Source of the DNA: Nitrosopumilaceae archaeon
GTDB taxonomy: Archaea; Thermoproteota; Nitrososphaeria; Nitrososphaerales; Nitrosopumilaceae
Length of the DNA stretch: 64,000 nucleotides
Direction of reading: 5' to 3'
NCBI GenBank assembly: GCA_965208905.1
Contig: OZ242365.1
Location: 1,728,001 to 1,792,000 of the forward strand
The position numbers were made by a program, and so were the translations under genes. A model generated the notes under the pieces. It ran no database searches. It was not told where the DNA came from and saw nothing but the letters and a program-made list of their open reading frames with translations. Every line of letters starts with the position of its first letter. Position 1 is the first letter of the stretch. Shown piece after piece: positions 9,572 through 19,663 of the stretch.

Positions 9572-12500
9572 TTATCTCACCGTGATTATCACCAGGTCTT
9601 GCGATATATACTGGCCATCAGATACAGTAAGGGATATTCCTAGAAGACTCACACCGCTCGGAACGGTAACTGTAACCGAAGAGCCCGTCGCGCCAGATAG
9701 TATTTGTGATGGGCCGATTTGGACCTCCCACGTATACGTTAATGTGTCATTGTCCGGGTCGGTGGATGCGGCCCCGCTTAGTGTTATTGTATCGCCCACA
9801 CCGGCGGCATGGTCTGGACCGGCGTTGGCGGTGGGGGCGCGGTTGGGGGGCTTTACCGTTATGGTGACCGTATCGGTGCTGCTGAACTCGCCGTCGGATA
9901 TTGTAAGCTCAAACGTAATGGCGGCCACGCTGTCGGGAGCCGTAAACGTGGGGGATTGTACGGTGGTATCGGACAGCTTTGTACCGGTTCCGGATGTCTC
10001 GTTCCACAGGTATGTCACGTCATCATTGTCCGGATCATATGACGCCGAGCCGTCCAAGGTTACCGTATCGCCGAACCGTACGGTCTGGTCTGCACCCGCA
10101 CTGGCCACGGGGGGCCGGTTCACCACGGTTATCGTGACCGTATCGGTGTCTGTATCATATCCGTCCGATACGGTCAGCTCGAAAGTCAGCATGCCGGCGC
10201 TGCTCGGCGCCGTGAATGTAGGCGATGATGCGGCATCATCCGAGAGGGCTACGGTCGGACCAGATGTCTGGTTCCACATGTATGATATTGTATCGCCGTC
10301 CGGGTCGGTAGATGCGAAACCGTCCAGCGTTACCGTATCGCCTAACCGCACTGTCTGGTCTGCACCCGCATCGGATGTGGGTGGATGGTTCACCACGGTT
10401 ATGGCAACCGCATCCGTATGGGACAGCCATCCGTCCGATGCGGTAATCTCAAATGTCATGGTGGCCATACTTGCGGGCGCCGCAAATGAGGGCGACAGCG
10501 CCGCATTGTCTGATAGAATGACTGCCGGCCCCGATGTCTGGTTCCATACATATGATATGGCATCACCGTCGGGATCCGATGCGGAGCCGTCCAGCGTTAT
10601 AATATGGCCGAACCCTGCTGTCCGGTCTGCCCCCGCGTCAACTACCGGTGGGTGGTTGGCCACATGTATGGAGACCGTATCGGCATCGGAGTATATGCCG
10701 TCCGACACGGTCAGCTCGAATGTTATGGATGTGGTGGCGTTTGGCGTGGTGAAAGCGGGCTTTGGTATCATATGGTCGGACAGCGAGACTGCAATGCCGG
10801 CCGTCTGGTTCCATACATATGATATGGCATCGCCGTCGGGATCCGATGCGGAGCCGTTCAGTTGTATGGTCTTGCCGTATCCGGCAGTCCGGTCTATGCC
10901 GGCATCAGACATAGGCGGGCGGTTGGGCGGCCTGAGCACGTCTATAACAACCAAGTCCTGCGAGGAGTCCCAGCCGTCATGTACGGTAAGCAGGATGCCC
11001 AGCAGTGTAGGGCCGGTGGGGGCGACAAAACTGACTTGCGCGCCATCCGGGTTGGTCAAACTCACCCTCGGCCCTGTCACCACATTCCACGAATATGACA
11101 ATATGTCGCCGTCCGCATCGGTGGATGCTGCCCCGCTCAATGTCATGTTCTCGCCCGACTGGGCGGTCCAGTCAGGTCCTGCATTGGCCACGGGGTGCCG
11201 GTTCACCACATTTATGGCGACTGCATCGACATCGGAATATTCGCCGTCTGATACGGTCAGCTCAAACGTAATGGCGGCCGCGCTATCCGGGGATGTGAAC
11301 GTCGGCGATGGCGCCGTACCATTGGATAGTGTTACGGGAGGACCCGCCGTCTGCCTCCACAAGTATGACAATACGTCGTTGTCAGGATCATGTGAGGCCG
11401 AGCCGTTCAGCGATACGGTTTGCAGGCGATGCACGGTCTGGTCCATACCCGCATTGGCGGTCGGAAACCCCGCCACCGTGACTGTAACCGTATCCGTACC
11501 GGCATCATACCCGTCTGATACGGTCAGCTCAAACGTAAACGTACCGACATTGTCCGGTGCCGTGAATGTCGAAGATGGCGACATGTTATCCGACAGAATT
11601 ACGGCCGGACCCGCCGTCTGCCTCCATGTGTGCGATATTGTTCCGTTATCGGGATCCGTAGATGCCGAACCATTCAGCCTTACCACATCACCAAACCGTA
11701 CTGTCTGGTCCACTCCGGCATCGGCAAGCGGATGCATGTTGGGCGCCACCGTGACCGTCCTATTCTGCCGTACGGCCTGATTGCCCGCATCATCTGTCAC
11801 ATCATAGTGTATGTGATATGTGCCTGCCTTGGTAGTGTTCAGCGTGCTGGTTACTATTACCTTGGATGTGATGTCGCCATCCACATTGTCGGTGGCGTTG
11901 TAACCTGATTCAACATATGCAGAATTGAACGGCATGGTTATGTCCACATCGCCCCACAACGTAATTGTCGGTGCGGTGATGTCCGGAACGGTCACACTCC
12001 CCAACGGGATGTATTTATGGCTTCCATCATTTAGGGTAACGCCCAGTGCATACGAGTACGTGCCGCCTTCCTCCACACCATGATCCTCGACTGCTATATC
12101 TTTGGTAGATGCACCCATATTTGCGTCGGTTGTTAATCGTGAGTGTGCCTCAGTACCTGCGGTATTGATAGTTACCACCACATCCGGATGGGTGCTGGTC
12201 GTAGTTTCCGATATGACCGCAACAACATCCCACGCAGCGTTGTTTTTGTGCTGTTGCGGTTTGGCAGAGTCGCCATGCGACGAGCTGGCATAGTCGGTTC
12301 CTCGGATAAGATTTATGATGTTGCAAAACACGCGGTTTCGTTCATCGTCGCCGTTGACGCATTTGAGAACCTCCACAGATGAGACATATAATATGAGATC
12401 CAGCCCTTCCGCACCAGGTCCGAGTTTTTTAATGCTAGCTTTAAATGTCGATTTTGGTTTTTTTGTATTTTGTTGTTCATCACTTTCAAATTTTATTTCA

Positions 12501-14626
12501 GGGAACTCGGCGGAGAAACCGTTAAACACGTTATATCCAACCTCGGTATTGGTTGACGCATCGTGTTCATCTTTGGCCGTCAATTCAAATATACCGCGCC
12601 CTGGGTCCAGTGCCATCAGACACACCGAACCGACAAGCGGACTGGGTCCACTGATGATGGTGTTACTGTTCTCATACTGCACATCGATGGAATCGCAGTC
12701 GACCAGATAAATTCTCTTTGGTTTTTCTGCAACTAAAATATCAAGAATGTCGTTGTTTACGTCAGTGCCGTTTAAACCAAATCTGGCCTCGCCAGCCAGG
12801 ATGCCGGTATACGTGTGGATTGGCGTGCTGTCCGTATGGTTGGTTACAAACTGGTGCAATTCAAAAAATTTCAGTATTTCATTGTTCAGTTTTTCGGTGA
12901 GATTCCGCAGGGAATATGTCCAGATCATTTCAGGCTGTTCCACATCAAGGTGGGGGGCTGCATTTACTTCAATGTCGATCATGGCAGTATCTGTTGCATT
13001 ATGTATGTCTGTAACGGTCAGTATGAACCGTACTACATCCAAGCCATGATCATCTTTGACCGTAAATGACGATACTGCCATATCAGAACCTGACAGGGTT
13101 ACGGTGGATGTGGGGTATTGTTCCCATGAATACGTCAGGGGATCGTTGTCAGGATCAGTGGATGTACTGCCGTTTAGGTACACCTTACCCGGGTTGACCG
13201 GTTGGGTGACTGAACCTATGTTGGCCATCGGGGGTCCGTTGACTCTAATTTTGACTGTGTCTGTGGCCGACTTGCCACCGGTATCATTGACAGTCAGCTT
13301 AAACAACAATGTGGATGGACCCTCCGGGGCTGTAAACGTCCGGGATTTGCCAGAACCGCTCAGCTGGACCGTATGGCCAGATGTTTGTTTCCATCCGTAT
13401 GACAGCGCATCCCCATCCTTATCGGAGCCCGTGCCACTCAACGTGACTGTGTCGCCGGCCTGTACAATCTGATCCAGGCCAGCGTTTGCCGTCGGAGTGT
13501 GATTAGTTGAGAGTTGAGGTTGTGTGACTGTTGCCGTACCCTTGAAGGACCAAGTAGTACTTACTAAGCAATATGGAAGTTCTGATGCATCGCTGGGCGT
13601 TCCATAACAGGGATGATCATTTAGATTCGACCATGCCGACCATGTTCCTTTTATGGGACTATTCCATGCCACAGGCCCAGCTATAGTTTTAGATTCTTTC
13701 TCACCTGCACCTACTTCGATATGCAACTTACCCGTGGTGCCACGTGGTTCGCCGCTTACACTCAATTTAGAGTATATTCCGCGGCCAGATACAGTTTCAT
13801 CAATTTCTTTGGTACCCGTACTAAAACCAATTGTGTCACTGCAGATAGCGCCTTGGCTGTAGCCTCGAAACGATGATAAACATACGAGTGCTCGCCAATA
13901 CCATGTTGAAGAGAGTGAACTGCCTGCCGAGGCGGCATCCTGACCATCGATTACGGCATCAGTAACAGGTTGGACATACACGCAGTTGGCACCACCACTC
14001 CCGCCGTTCAGTCTACAATACGTGGCCAGTTCTATGTCCACCCAGTATTCAATATCGGACTCCAACAGTTTGTTTGGTATACCTGCAATTGAGGCGGCCC
14101 TGTGCGTTATGGATACGATCTCGTCGGTCAACGGAGCCATGTCGCCCAGCTTTTGGTGTAGTGTTGCGTTTATGCCGCTGGCCGTATTTGGCATGTCAAA
14201 TGTATCGATTATATAATCATGGTACTTTTTCAGATATTGTGCCGTATTGTTGTCGTATGTGCCAAGGGCACGTTCCCTTGCAATGGCTAGTGCGGTCACG
14301 TGGTGTATGTCAATGCGGCCCTCCAGCAGAATTGCCGTATTAAACAGCTCCCGGTTCACCTCGTTCTGAAAGCGTTCAGACGGAATGGATTCGTCCTTGG
14401 CAAGCGTCCATGCCTCAAGGCGCTCATACACTGCAGTCATGTTTCTGGCATCCCAGTATGTGCCGGACGGTTTAATCAGGTATGTGTCAGGTATGGAGCC
14501 AGCGGCAATCACGCTTGTTCGCATATTGTCAAGTTCCGTACTGTTCGTGGCATATGCAGTATCATATACGCCCCACATTACACCGGCGACGGCTACAAAA
14601 ACTATCGCAGTAGGCGTGTTATCCAT
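9572..14626 (-). CDS. Large surface protein with tandem PKD/Ig-like repeats and a DUF5011-like domain
   Basis: Repeated PxAxAGxDQTV...LDGSASxDPDGD...YxWxQTxG...FELTVSDG; DITAPTITLWGD. Confidence 0.9.
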   Translation of the reverse strand: MDNTPTAIVFVAVAGVMWGVYDTAYATNSTELDNMRTSVIAAGSIPDTYLIKPSGTYWDARNMTAVYERLEAWTLAKDESIPSERFQNEVNRELFNTAILLEGRIDIHHVTALAIARERALGTYDNNTAQYLKKYHDYIIDTFDMPNTASGINATLHQKLGDMAPLTDEIVSITHRAASIAGIPNKLLESDIEYWVDIELATYCRLNGGSGGANCVYVQPVTDAVIDGQDAASAGSSLSSTWYWRALVCLSSFRGYSQGAICSDTIGFSTGTKEIDETVSGRGIYSKLSVSGEPRGTTGKLHIEVGAGEKESKTIAGPVAWNSPIKGTWSAWSNLNDHPCYGTPSDASELPYCLVSTTWSFKGTATVTQPQLSTNHTPTANAGLDQIVQAGDTVTLSGTGSDKDGDALSYGWKQTSGHTVQLSGSGKSRTFTAPEGPSTLLFKLTVNDTGGKSATDTVKIRVNGPPMANIGSVTQPVNPGKVYLNGSTSTDPDNDPLTYSWEQYPTSTVTLSGSDMAVSSFTVKDDHGLDVVRFILTVTDIHNATDTAMIDIEVNAAPHLDVEQPEMIWTYSLRNLTEKLNNEILKFFELHQFVTNHTDSTPIHTYTGILAGEARFGLNGTDVNNDILDILVAEKPKRIYLVDCDSIDVQYENSNTIISGPSPLVGSVCLMALDPGRGIFELTAKDEHDASTNTEVGYNVFNGFSAEFPEIKFESDEQQNTKKPKSTFKASIKKLGPGAEGLDLILYVSSVEVLKCVNGDDERNRVFCNIINLIRGTDYASSSHGDSAKPQQHKNNAAWDVVAVISETTTSTHPDVVVTINTAGTEAHSRLTTDANMGASTKDIAVEDHGVEEGGTYSYALGVTLNDGSHKYIPLGSVTVPDITAPTITLWGDVDITMPFNSAYVESGYNATDNVDGDITSKVIVTSTLNTTKAGTYHIHYDVTDDAGNQAVRQNRTVTVAPNMHPLADAGVDQTVRFGDVVRLNGSASTDPDNGTISHTWRQTAGPAVILSDNMSPSSTFTAPDNVGTFTFELTVSDGYDAGTDTVTVTVAGFPTANAGMDQTVHRLQTVSLNGSASHDPDNDVLSYLWRQTAGPPVTLSNGTAPSPTFTSPDSAAAITFELTVSDGEYSDVDAVAINVVNRHPVANAGPDWTAQSGENMTLSGAASTDADGDILSYSWNVVTGPRVSLTNPDGAQVSFVAPTGPTLLGILLTVHDGWDSSQDLVVIDVLRPPNRPPMSDAGIDRTAGYGKTIQLNGSASDPDGDAISYVWNQTAGIAVSLSDHMIPKPAFTTPNATTSITFELTVSDGIYSDADTVSIHVANHPPVVDAGADRTAGFGHIITLDGSASDPDGDAISYVWNQTSGPAVILSDNAALSPSFAAPASMATMTFEITASDGWLSHTDAVAITVVNHPPTSDAGADQTVRLGDTVTLDGFASTDPDGDTISYMWNQTSGPTVALSDDAASSPTFTAPSSAGMLTFELTVSDGYDTDTDTVTITVVNRPPVASAGADQTVRFGDTVTLDGSASYDPDNDDVTYLWNETSGTGTKLSDTTVQSPTFTAPDSVAAITFELTISDGEFSSTDTVTITVKPPNRAPTANAGPDHAAGVGDTITLSGAASTDPDNDTLTYTWEVQIGPSQILSGATGSSVTVTVPSGVSLLGISLTVSDGQYISQDLVIITVR

Positions 14627-14857
14627 ACGCCATCCAAGAGCTCATTATTTATAAAGATAGTAATTGGTTGGAACTGTTCAGTTATAGCGCCTGTGCGAAA
14701 CTTGGCGTACTGTTTCCACTTCAACCTTTATTTCCACTGTACAGTATGTACCGCCGTTTCCACCCTGTCACAAACTTTCCACTCTTTGCCAGGCTACCAT
14801 TTCTTCCCAGTCCAAACCCACAACCTCCCTTAAATGCCACCAATACGGTACTATACA

Positions 14858-15208
14858 ATGCCAAAACCAGGATACAAATCAATAACAATCCCCGAGGAGA
14901 TATACGACAGGTTCAAGTCGTACAAAGACAACGACAGCGACTATAGTCTCTCCAAGTATGTATCACACATGCTTGAAGAACGCATTATACAAGACGAAGT
15001 GTTTGCAAAGAATGCACCAATGTTAAAGAAGATAGGTATAGATGATGACCGCATCGTACTACGTGATAAAAAGAACAATCGTATAGTAGAGGTAGTCGTA
15101 AAAAACAACACACTGTACTGTGAGAGCTGCGAGAGTACGGAATGTCTGTGCTGCGGCTTCTGCTATGCATTACCTGAAACGTATAGTATGTTAAAACCCA
15201 CCCCCTAA
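14858..15208 (+). CDS. Ribbon-helix-helix-like DNA-binding protein with Cys-rich C-terminus
   Basis: YKSITIPEEIYDRFK; CESC...CLCCGFC. Confidence 0.6.
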   Translation: MPKPGYKSITIPEEIYDRFKSYKDNDSDYSLSKYVSHMLEERIIQDEVFAKNAPMLKKIGIDDDRIVLRDKKNNRIVEVVVKNNTLYCESCESTECLCCGFCYALPETYSMLKPTP

Positions 15209-15221
15209 ACTTTTTTGTAAA

Positions 15222-16031
15222 TCAGGATGCATTCAGGTTGTGTATTGCATCCTGTATTATATCAGTGCGGTTCGGCACATCCCATGATGAAATCCAGGAA
15301 TGCTCCTCTATCTTGATGGCCGTTCCAAACTCCACATCTACACCTGAATTGATTGCATGTTTCAGCTGTGAAAGCGGTTCCAAATCGGCCGTACATATGA
15401 TGTCGGCAATGCGGGTTGCTTCTGGGTATAGGCGGTCATTAGACACGACATCATGTACTATACTGAACTTGTTTAGTGCGGCATCAGCGTTGATGAACTC
15501 GCCTGTTATCAGCAGGTATTTGGCGTCCTGCGAGCCTATCATGTGTACTAATCTTTGTGTTGCTCCCCAGCCCGGCACAAGCTGTATGTGGCGTATGTCT
15601 GGAAAGGCTAGACGGGCGTTCTCTGCGGCTATGCGTATATCACAAGCTAGAGCAACAGCGAGTCCATACGACAGGCAGTTGCCCTGTATTGCACATATGA
15701 CGGGCTGCCTTGTATTCTCTATGAGATTGCACAGTGTCGTACCGGCTCTATACCAACGTACAGCATCAGTTTTGGACATCATACGCATCTCATCAAGACT
15801 GGGTCCTGCTGAAAAATGAACTCCCTCGGCACTCAGTATGATACACCGTGTGTCATCATCAGACGATACGTCCTCAAACGCACCTGTCAATTGAGAGATT
15901 ACATCTTTGTTTAGTACGTTGCTGTGAGCAGCATTGTTTATTCTTATTGTGCTATATGGTTTGGATTTTGATGTTGTTACTACACCTGTAGGTATAGTAT
16001 CTGATGTGTCCTGTTTGTTGAATAGGTTCAT
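15222..16031 (-). CDS. Enoyl-CoA hydratase/crotonase-family protein, divergent active site
   Basis: FSAG, PVICAIQG, ALACDIRIA, VPGWGATQRL, LLITGE. Confidence 0.85.
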   Translation of the reverse strand: MNLFNKQDTSDTIPTGVVTTSKSKPYSTIRINNAAHSNVLNKDVISQLTGAFEDVSSDDDTRCIILSAEGVHFSAGPSLDEMRMMSKTDAVRWYRAGTTLCNLIENTRQPVICAIQGNCLSYGLAVALACDIRIAAENARLAFPDIRHIQLVPGWGATQRLVHMIGSQDAKYLLITGEFINADAALNKFSIVHDVVSNDRLYPEATRIADIICTADLEPLSQLKHAINSGVDVEFGTAIKIEEHSWISSWDVPNRTDIIQDAIHNLNAS

Positions 16032-16098
16032 GGTATTGTATTGTGTGGGGGGCGATTAAAGGTTGTAATTAACGGTAGAAGGAGCTAATACCTTATGG

Positions 16099-16152
16099 TT
16101 ATAACGGTTTTAGGTATGAAATGTTGTTTTATAACGGTTTTAGGTATGAAAT
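16099..16152 (+). repeat. 24-bp direct repeat x2 (TTATAACGGTTTTAGGTATGAAAT), 30-bp period
   Basis: Copies at 16099-16122 and 16129-16152. Confidence 0.85.
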
Positions 16153-17144
16153 TACCAGAGGTTGCCTGTTGCGTTTCGCGCTGCCGGTATAGCTGCAACG
16201 GGCGGGGGCGGTATCGTAGTATTCCGCAATAATGCCGAATAGATTTGTTTGATTCGCATATATGGCGTGTGTGTGGGGTTCTCGTGTATCTCGTCTGCCA
16301 GTTTCATCACTATTGGTATCATAGTGCGGCATTTGTGCAGCATCCCATATGGGTGGCCGCCAAGTACTGTTGGGCTTAGCGTCTGGTTCCACTTTGGCGG
16401 GGGAGGTGGTGGTGCGCGGATTGCGTTGTCGGCTTGTACGTATTGTGCCATGGGTTTTGATACATGGTACTGGTCAGGATGGTCGGCCAGCCAGTGCTCG
16501 GGGCCGTTCCAGTCGTGCCTGTCCAGCATGCCCTCGCCGGCCAGATGCCCCTTGCCTTGTATTATGTTTAGTATGCGGCGCTGCGCAGACTTCCAACTGT
16601 ACACGAGGTTTGTCGCATATACAAGCGCGTGGCGCTGTAGCATACGTACATAATATACAGGGGAAGGGCCGTTTGCATAGCCGTCGTACCGCAGAGCGGC
16701 CAGTATTATATTGGTATCCCTGGCGACCTTCTTGAACTCGTCAGTCTCCCGTTCGACGTGTACAGTGGTGTTGTCGTACCAGCGTATGTTATAGCGGGTG
16801 TTCCGCATTATGTTTGGCAGCTCCTGTATCGTATGGTATGCCGGCAGCGGATCGTCCGTATGCTGCATGTTGGTTACGACGCCTTCCTTCCAGAATTTTA
16901 TGGCCTCTGTCCACCAGATGTTTTTGGATGACCATTTTAATTGTCGTCCGTCCTGTATACGGATTGTGTCTTTTGACTGCACTGTTATGTCCTTTATGTT
17001 GGCAGACCACTCGGGGCCGTTGGCTGTCTGTATTACTATTCTGTGCGGGGTGATGTAGAGTGTGCCGTTCAGTTTTGTCTTTCCCGCCGAGCCGCGTCCC
17101 TCTACTGTCATGTGGAGCCATTCGTAGGGCTTGATGCGTATCAT
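16152..17144 (-). CDS. Hypothetical protein (possible PH-like N-terminus, poly-Pro)
   Basis: 330-aa ORF with upstream CCTTTTATA box. Confidence 0.6.
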   Translation of the reverse strand: MIRIKPYEWLHMTVEGRGSAGKTKLNGTLYITPHRIVIQTANGPEWSANIKDITVQSKDTIRIQDGRQLKWSSKNIWWTEAIKFWKEGVVTNMQHTDDPLPAYHTIQELPNIMRNTRYNIRWYDNTTVHVERETDEFKKVARDTNIILAALRYDGYANGPSPVYYVRMLQRHALVYATNLVYSWKSAQRRILNIIQGKGHLAGEGMLDRHDWNGPEHWLADHPDQYHVSKPMAQYVQADNAIRAPPPPPPKWNQTLSPTVLGGHPYGMLHKCRTMIPIVMKLADEIHENPTHTPYMRIKQIYSALLRNTTIPPPPVAAIPAARNATGNLW

Positions 17145-17370
17145 GTGTGATGTATAGTAGCGGCGGTATAAAAGGAATGATTCAAAACGGAACTGGGAAG
17201 AAACGGTAATCTGGAGTAGAAACGTAGGTCGAGGTGGCGACAGGCGCCGCTATGGGACAGATACTGTACAGTGGAGCGCCACCGGCTGAGCATAACCACG
17301 TATTTGTATTGAAAAGGCATGCCGTAGTCGCATCACAGATATCATATAATACAATTGTGTCATATGCGTA

Positions 17371-18555
17371 ATGACTAAAAAGAACAAAAAACTTACCATC
17401 ATGGCGCTGGCATTGGTTATACCTATAGCGATATTACTGACCGCCAACCCTACACAAAATGGAGGCAGTTATGTACTATTCCAAAGTAGCTCTGAGGCCT
17501 CCGAAAACCCCGGCGACACCTTTGTGGCGCCGCCCGTAGTAGGGACCAACGCGCATGATGAATGGATAGAATGGTACAGGAACGCCGAATTTGACGGATT
17601 GGATTCATATACGCGCGACGCTGCATTGGTACTACACGATTTTGAGGTCATGTTCAGTCCGGACATGGAACATGATGCGTCATGGGAGGTGGTAGCGTTG
17701 CTGGCTCAAAAGGAGAGACTGGGTGACGGATACGCCCCTACAACCAACGAGGGCCTCATGCACGACTGGGTAATTGAACAGTATCAACCACCTCACACCA
17801 TACCTGAGATAGACGCGGCAGTATTGGCCATAGTTCTCACCGAAGATAATTTCCACTATGCAGAGAACGTTTACCAGACGATGACCGACGTCGCCAATAT
17901 TGGGTACGTGCCCAACGATCTTCGGGAACAGGACTGGGAATATTGGCATTGGGAGATGCATATAGCAGTGTGCGATCTCTTTTGGGAGGACTGCGATCCG
18001 GTACAACTACGCGAGGATTTAGCAAACAACCGTGAGCTGACTGCCGAAGAGATAGCAGCGATAGAAGAATATCAGAACAACAACATCCGGCATGGAGCCG
18101 TGGTCACGGTAGAGTACGACCAGTCTTCACTCCCCACGGCCTATGCGGCAGGAGTGAGAGTAGTTCCAAAGCAGAACGCAGCATACTTGAACCTATGGGC
18201 GGATACATGTACCCACCAAGACACGATTGGTTGCCAGTTTGACGACCGCGACAACGGCGTGGGATGGAACCGAGTGTCCGAATCATCCACCAACCATCAG
18301 GACAACCGAGGCGACTCCCCGCACACCAGTGACGATATACACTTTATGGCTTCGGTATCTGCATCCAACACATCCGACGTTCTCAGCCAGTACGTATACG
18401 TGACGGGTCAGTTTACACTGCCGAACGACACTACGTCCCTATCCAAGTATGGTATAACTGGTGCGGCAATTCAGGATGAATGGGACCCGTCGGGCAGCGA
18501 TCACACGTACGGCGCCGCAGCAAAAACCAACGCTGATAACACCTATGAGGACTGA
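17371..18555 (+). CDS. Secreted/membrane-anchored acidic protein, related to the N-terminus of the 9572-14626 protein
   Basis: N-terminal signal; shared motifs listed in findings. Confidence 0.7.
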   Translation: MTKKNKKLTIMALALVIPIAILLTANPTQNGGSYVLFQSSSEASENPGDTFVAPPVVGTNAHDEWIEWYRNAEFDGLDSYTRDAALVLHDFEVMFSPDMEHDASWEVVALLAQKERLGDGYAPTTNEGLMHDWVIEQYQPPHTIPEIDAAVLAIVLTEDNFHYAENVYQTMTDVANIGYVPNDLREQDWEYWHWEMHIAVCDLFWEDCDPVQLREDLANNRELTAEEIAAIEEYQNNNIRHGAVVTVEYDQSSLPTAYAAGVRVVPKQNAAYLNLWADTCTHQDTIGCQFDDRDNGVGWNRVSESSTNHQDNRGDSPHTSDDIHFMASVSASNTSDVLSQYVYVTGQFTLPNDTTSLSKYGITGAAIQDEWDPSGSDHTYGAAAKTNADNTYED

Positions 18556-18887
18556 CATATCATTCGTTTTTTATCCTTGGTGGCCTCGGGCCGCATATAG
18601 TGGGCAAGTGATCAACTCCGGGGACTGGGAAGAAACGCTGACCTGACCCATATTTTTACTCCAACCCCAATTTCCACTCTGCCAGATTAGGCCTCATCTC
18701 CACTCCGCACGCTTGATGTACAAAGACCTGTGTTTCCAGTCCGGGTCACAACTTTCTCAGCTGTACAACAGGTCACCATTTCTTTCCAGGCCCCAGATAA
18801 ATGCACAGCACAACCGCATACTACAAAGACTGCGCACCGCCGGTATGCCATATAGCGCCTTAAAAGGTAGCGGTCATTGGACCACAC

Positions 18888-19415
18888 ATGATAAAGATAA
18901 ACGTGCGAAACGTGGTTGTGGGCGGTACGGTTGGCATGGGTGTGCCGATAGATGTGTTGTCGCGGCTGAGCGGCGCAATGTATGATCCTACCGAGTTTCC
19001 CGGCGTCAGGTTCCGCTTAAACGGCTGTACGGTAATGATATTCGGCACGGGCAAGGTGGTGGTTGTGGGCAGTGTAACCGGCGAGGATGCGTTTGATGCA
19101 ATAAACATGCTTGTAGGCAAGCTTGCCGGGAGCAACATACCCATAGGTATGGTAAAACGCAGGGTATGCAATGTGGTGTGTACCGCATCAATACGCGCAA
19201 GCCTTGATCTTGGGAGGGTGTCACGTATCATACCGCGCTCAATGTACGATCCGGAACACTTTCCCGGTATAATAATACGGCGGCAGAATCCCAAATGTAC
19301 CGTATTGCTGTTTGCGTCGGGCAATCTGGTGTGTGTTGGCGCCGACTCTGTGCAAAACGCATCTGATGCAGTAAACCAACTGTATGATGAATTGTGCAGG
19401 GGGAAGCAGTTGTGA
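18888..19415 (+). CDS. tbp: TATA-box-binding protein (divergent, in the accessory region)
   Basis: Two TBP repeats: NVV, YDPTEFPG, IFGTGKVVVVG; NVVCT, YDPEHFPG, LFASGNLVCVG. Confidence 0.92.
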   Translation: MIKINVRNVVVGGTVGMGVPIDVLSRLSGAMYDPTEFPGVRFRLNGCTVMIFGTGKVVVVGSVTGEDAFDAINMLVGKLAGSNIPIGMVKRRVCNVVCTASIRASLDLGRVSRIIPRSMYDPEHFPGIIIRRQNPKCTVLLFASGNLVCVGADSVQNASDAVNQLYDELCRGKQL

Positions 19416-19663
19416 AGGTTACCATACGGTATTACTGCGCACGATGCAAAGACGCCTTTGCCGCATATTGCACCGTCCCTGATGCCATTGCACAGCACAG
19501 TGATGCGTGCAATGGTATAATGGAGTTTTCGGGCGCAGATAGCACAAGACTGCTGTACATGTGTTCTGTGTGCGGGCATACAAAAACGCTGTACGTACCG
19601 GATATTATACCGGCCATGGCATCAAGACACCATGGCTGCGGCGAGGAGTGTTTGCCGTCATGA
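19412..19663 (+). CDS. Small zinc-binding protein with two CxxC...H...C units
   Basis: YYCARC...HSDAC, YMCSVC...HHGC; coupled to both neighbours by 4-bp overlaps. Confidence 0.6.
   Translation: MKVTIRYYCARCKDAFAAYCTVPDAIAQHSDACNGIMEFSGADSTRLLYMCSVCGHTKTLYVPDIIPAMASRHHGCGEECLPS

Noticed and set aside
7935-11780. Long + strand ORFs (395 aa, 775 aa) and similar ORFs opposite 29668-31437
   Set aside because: Antisense or alternative-frame shadows of repetitive coding genes
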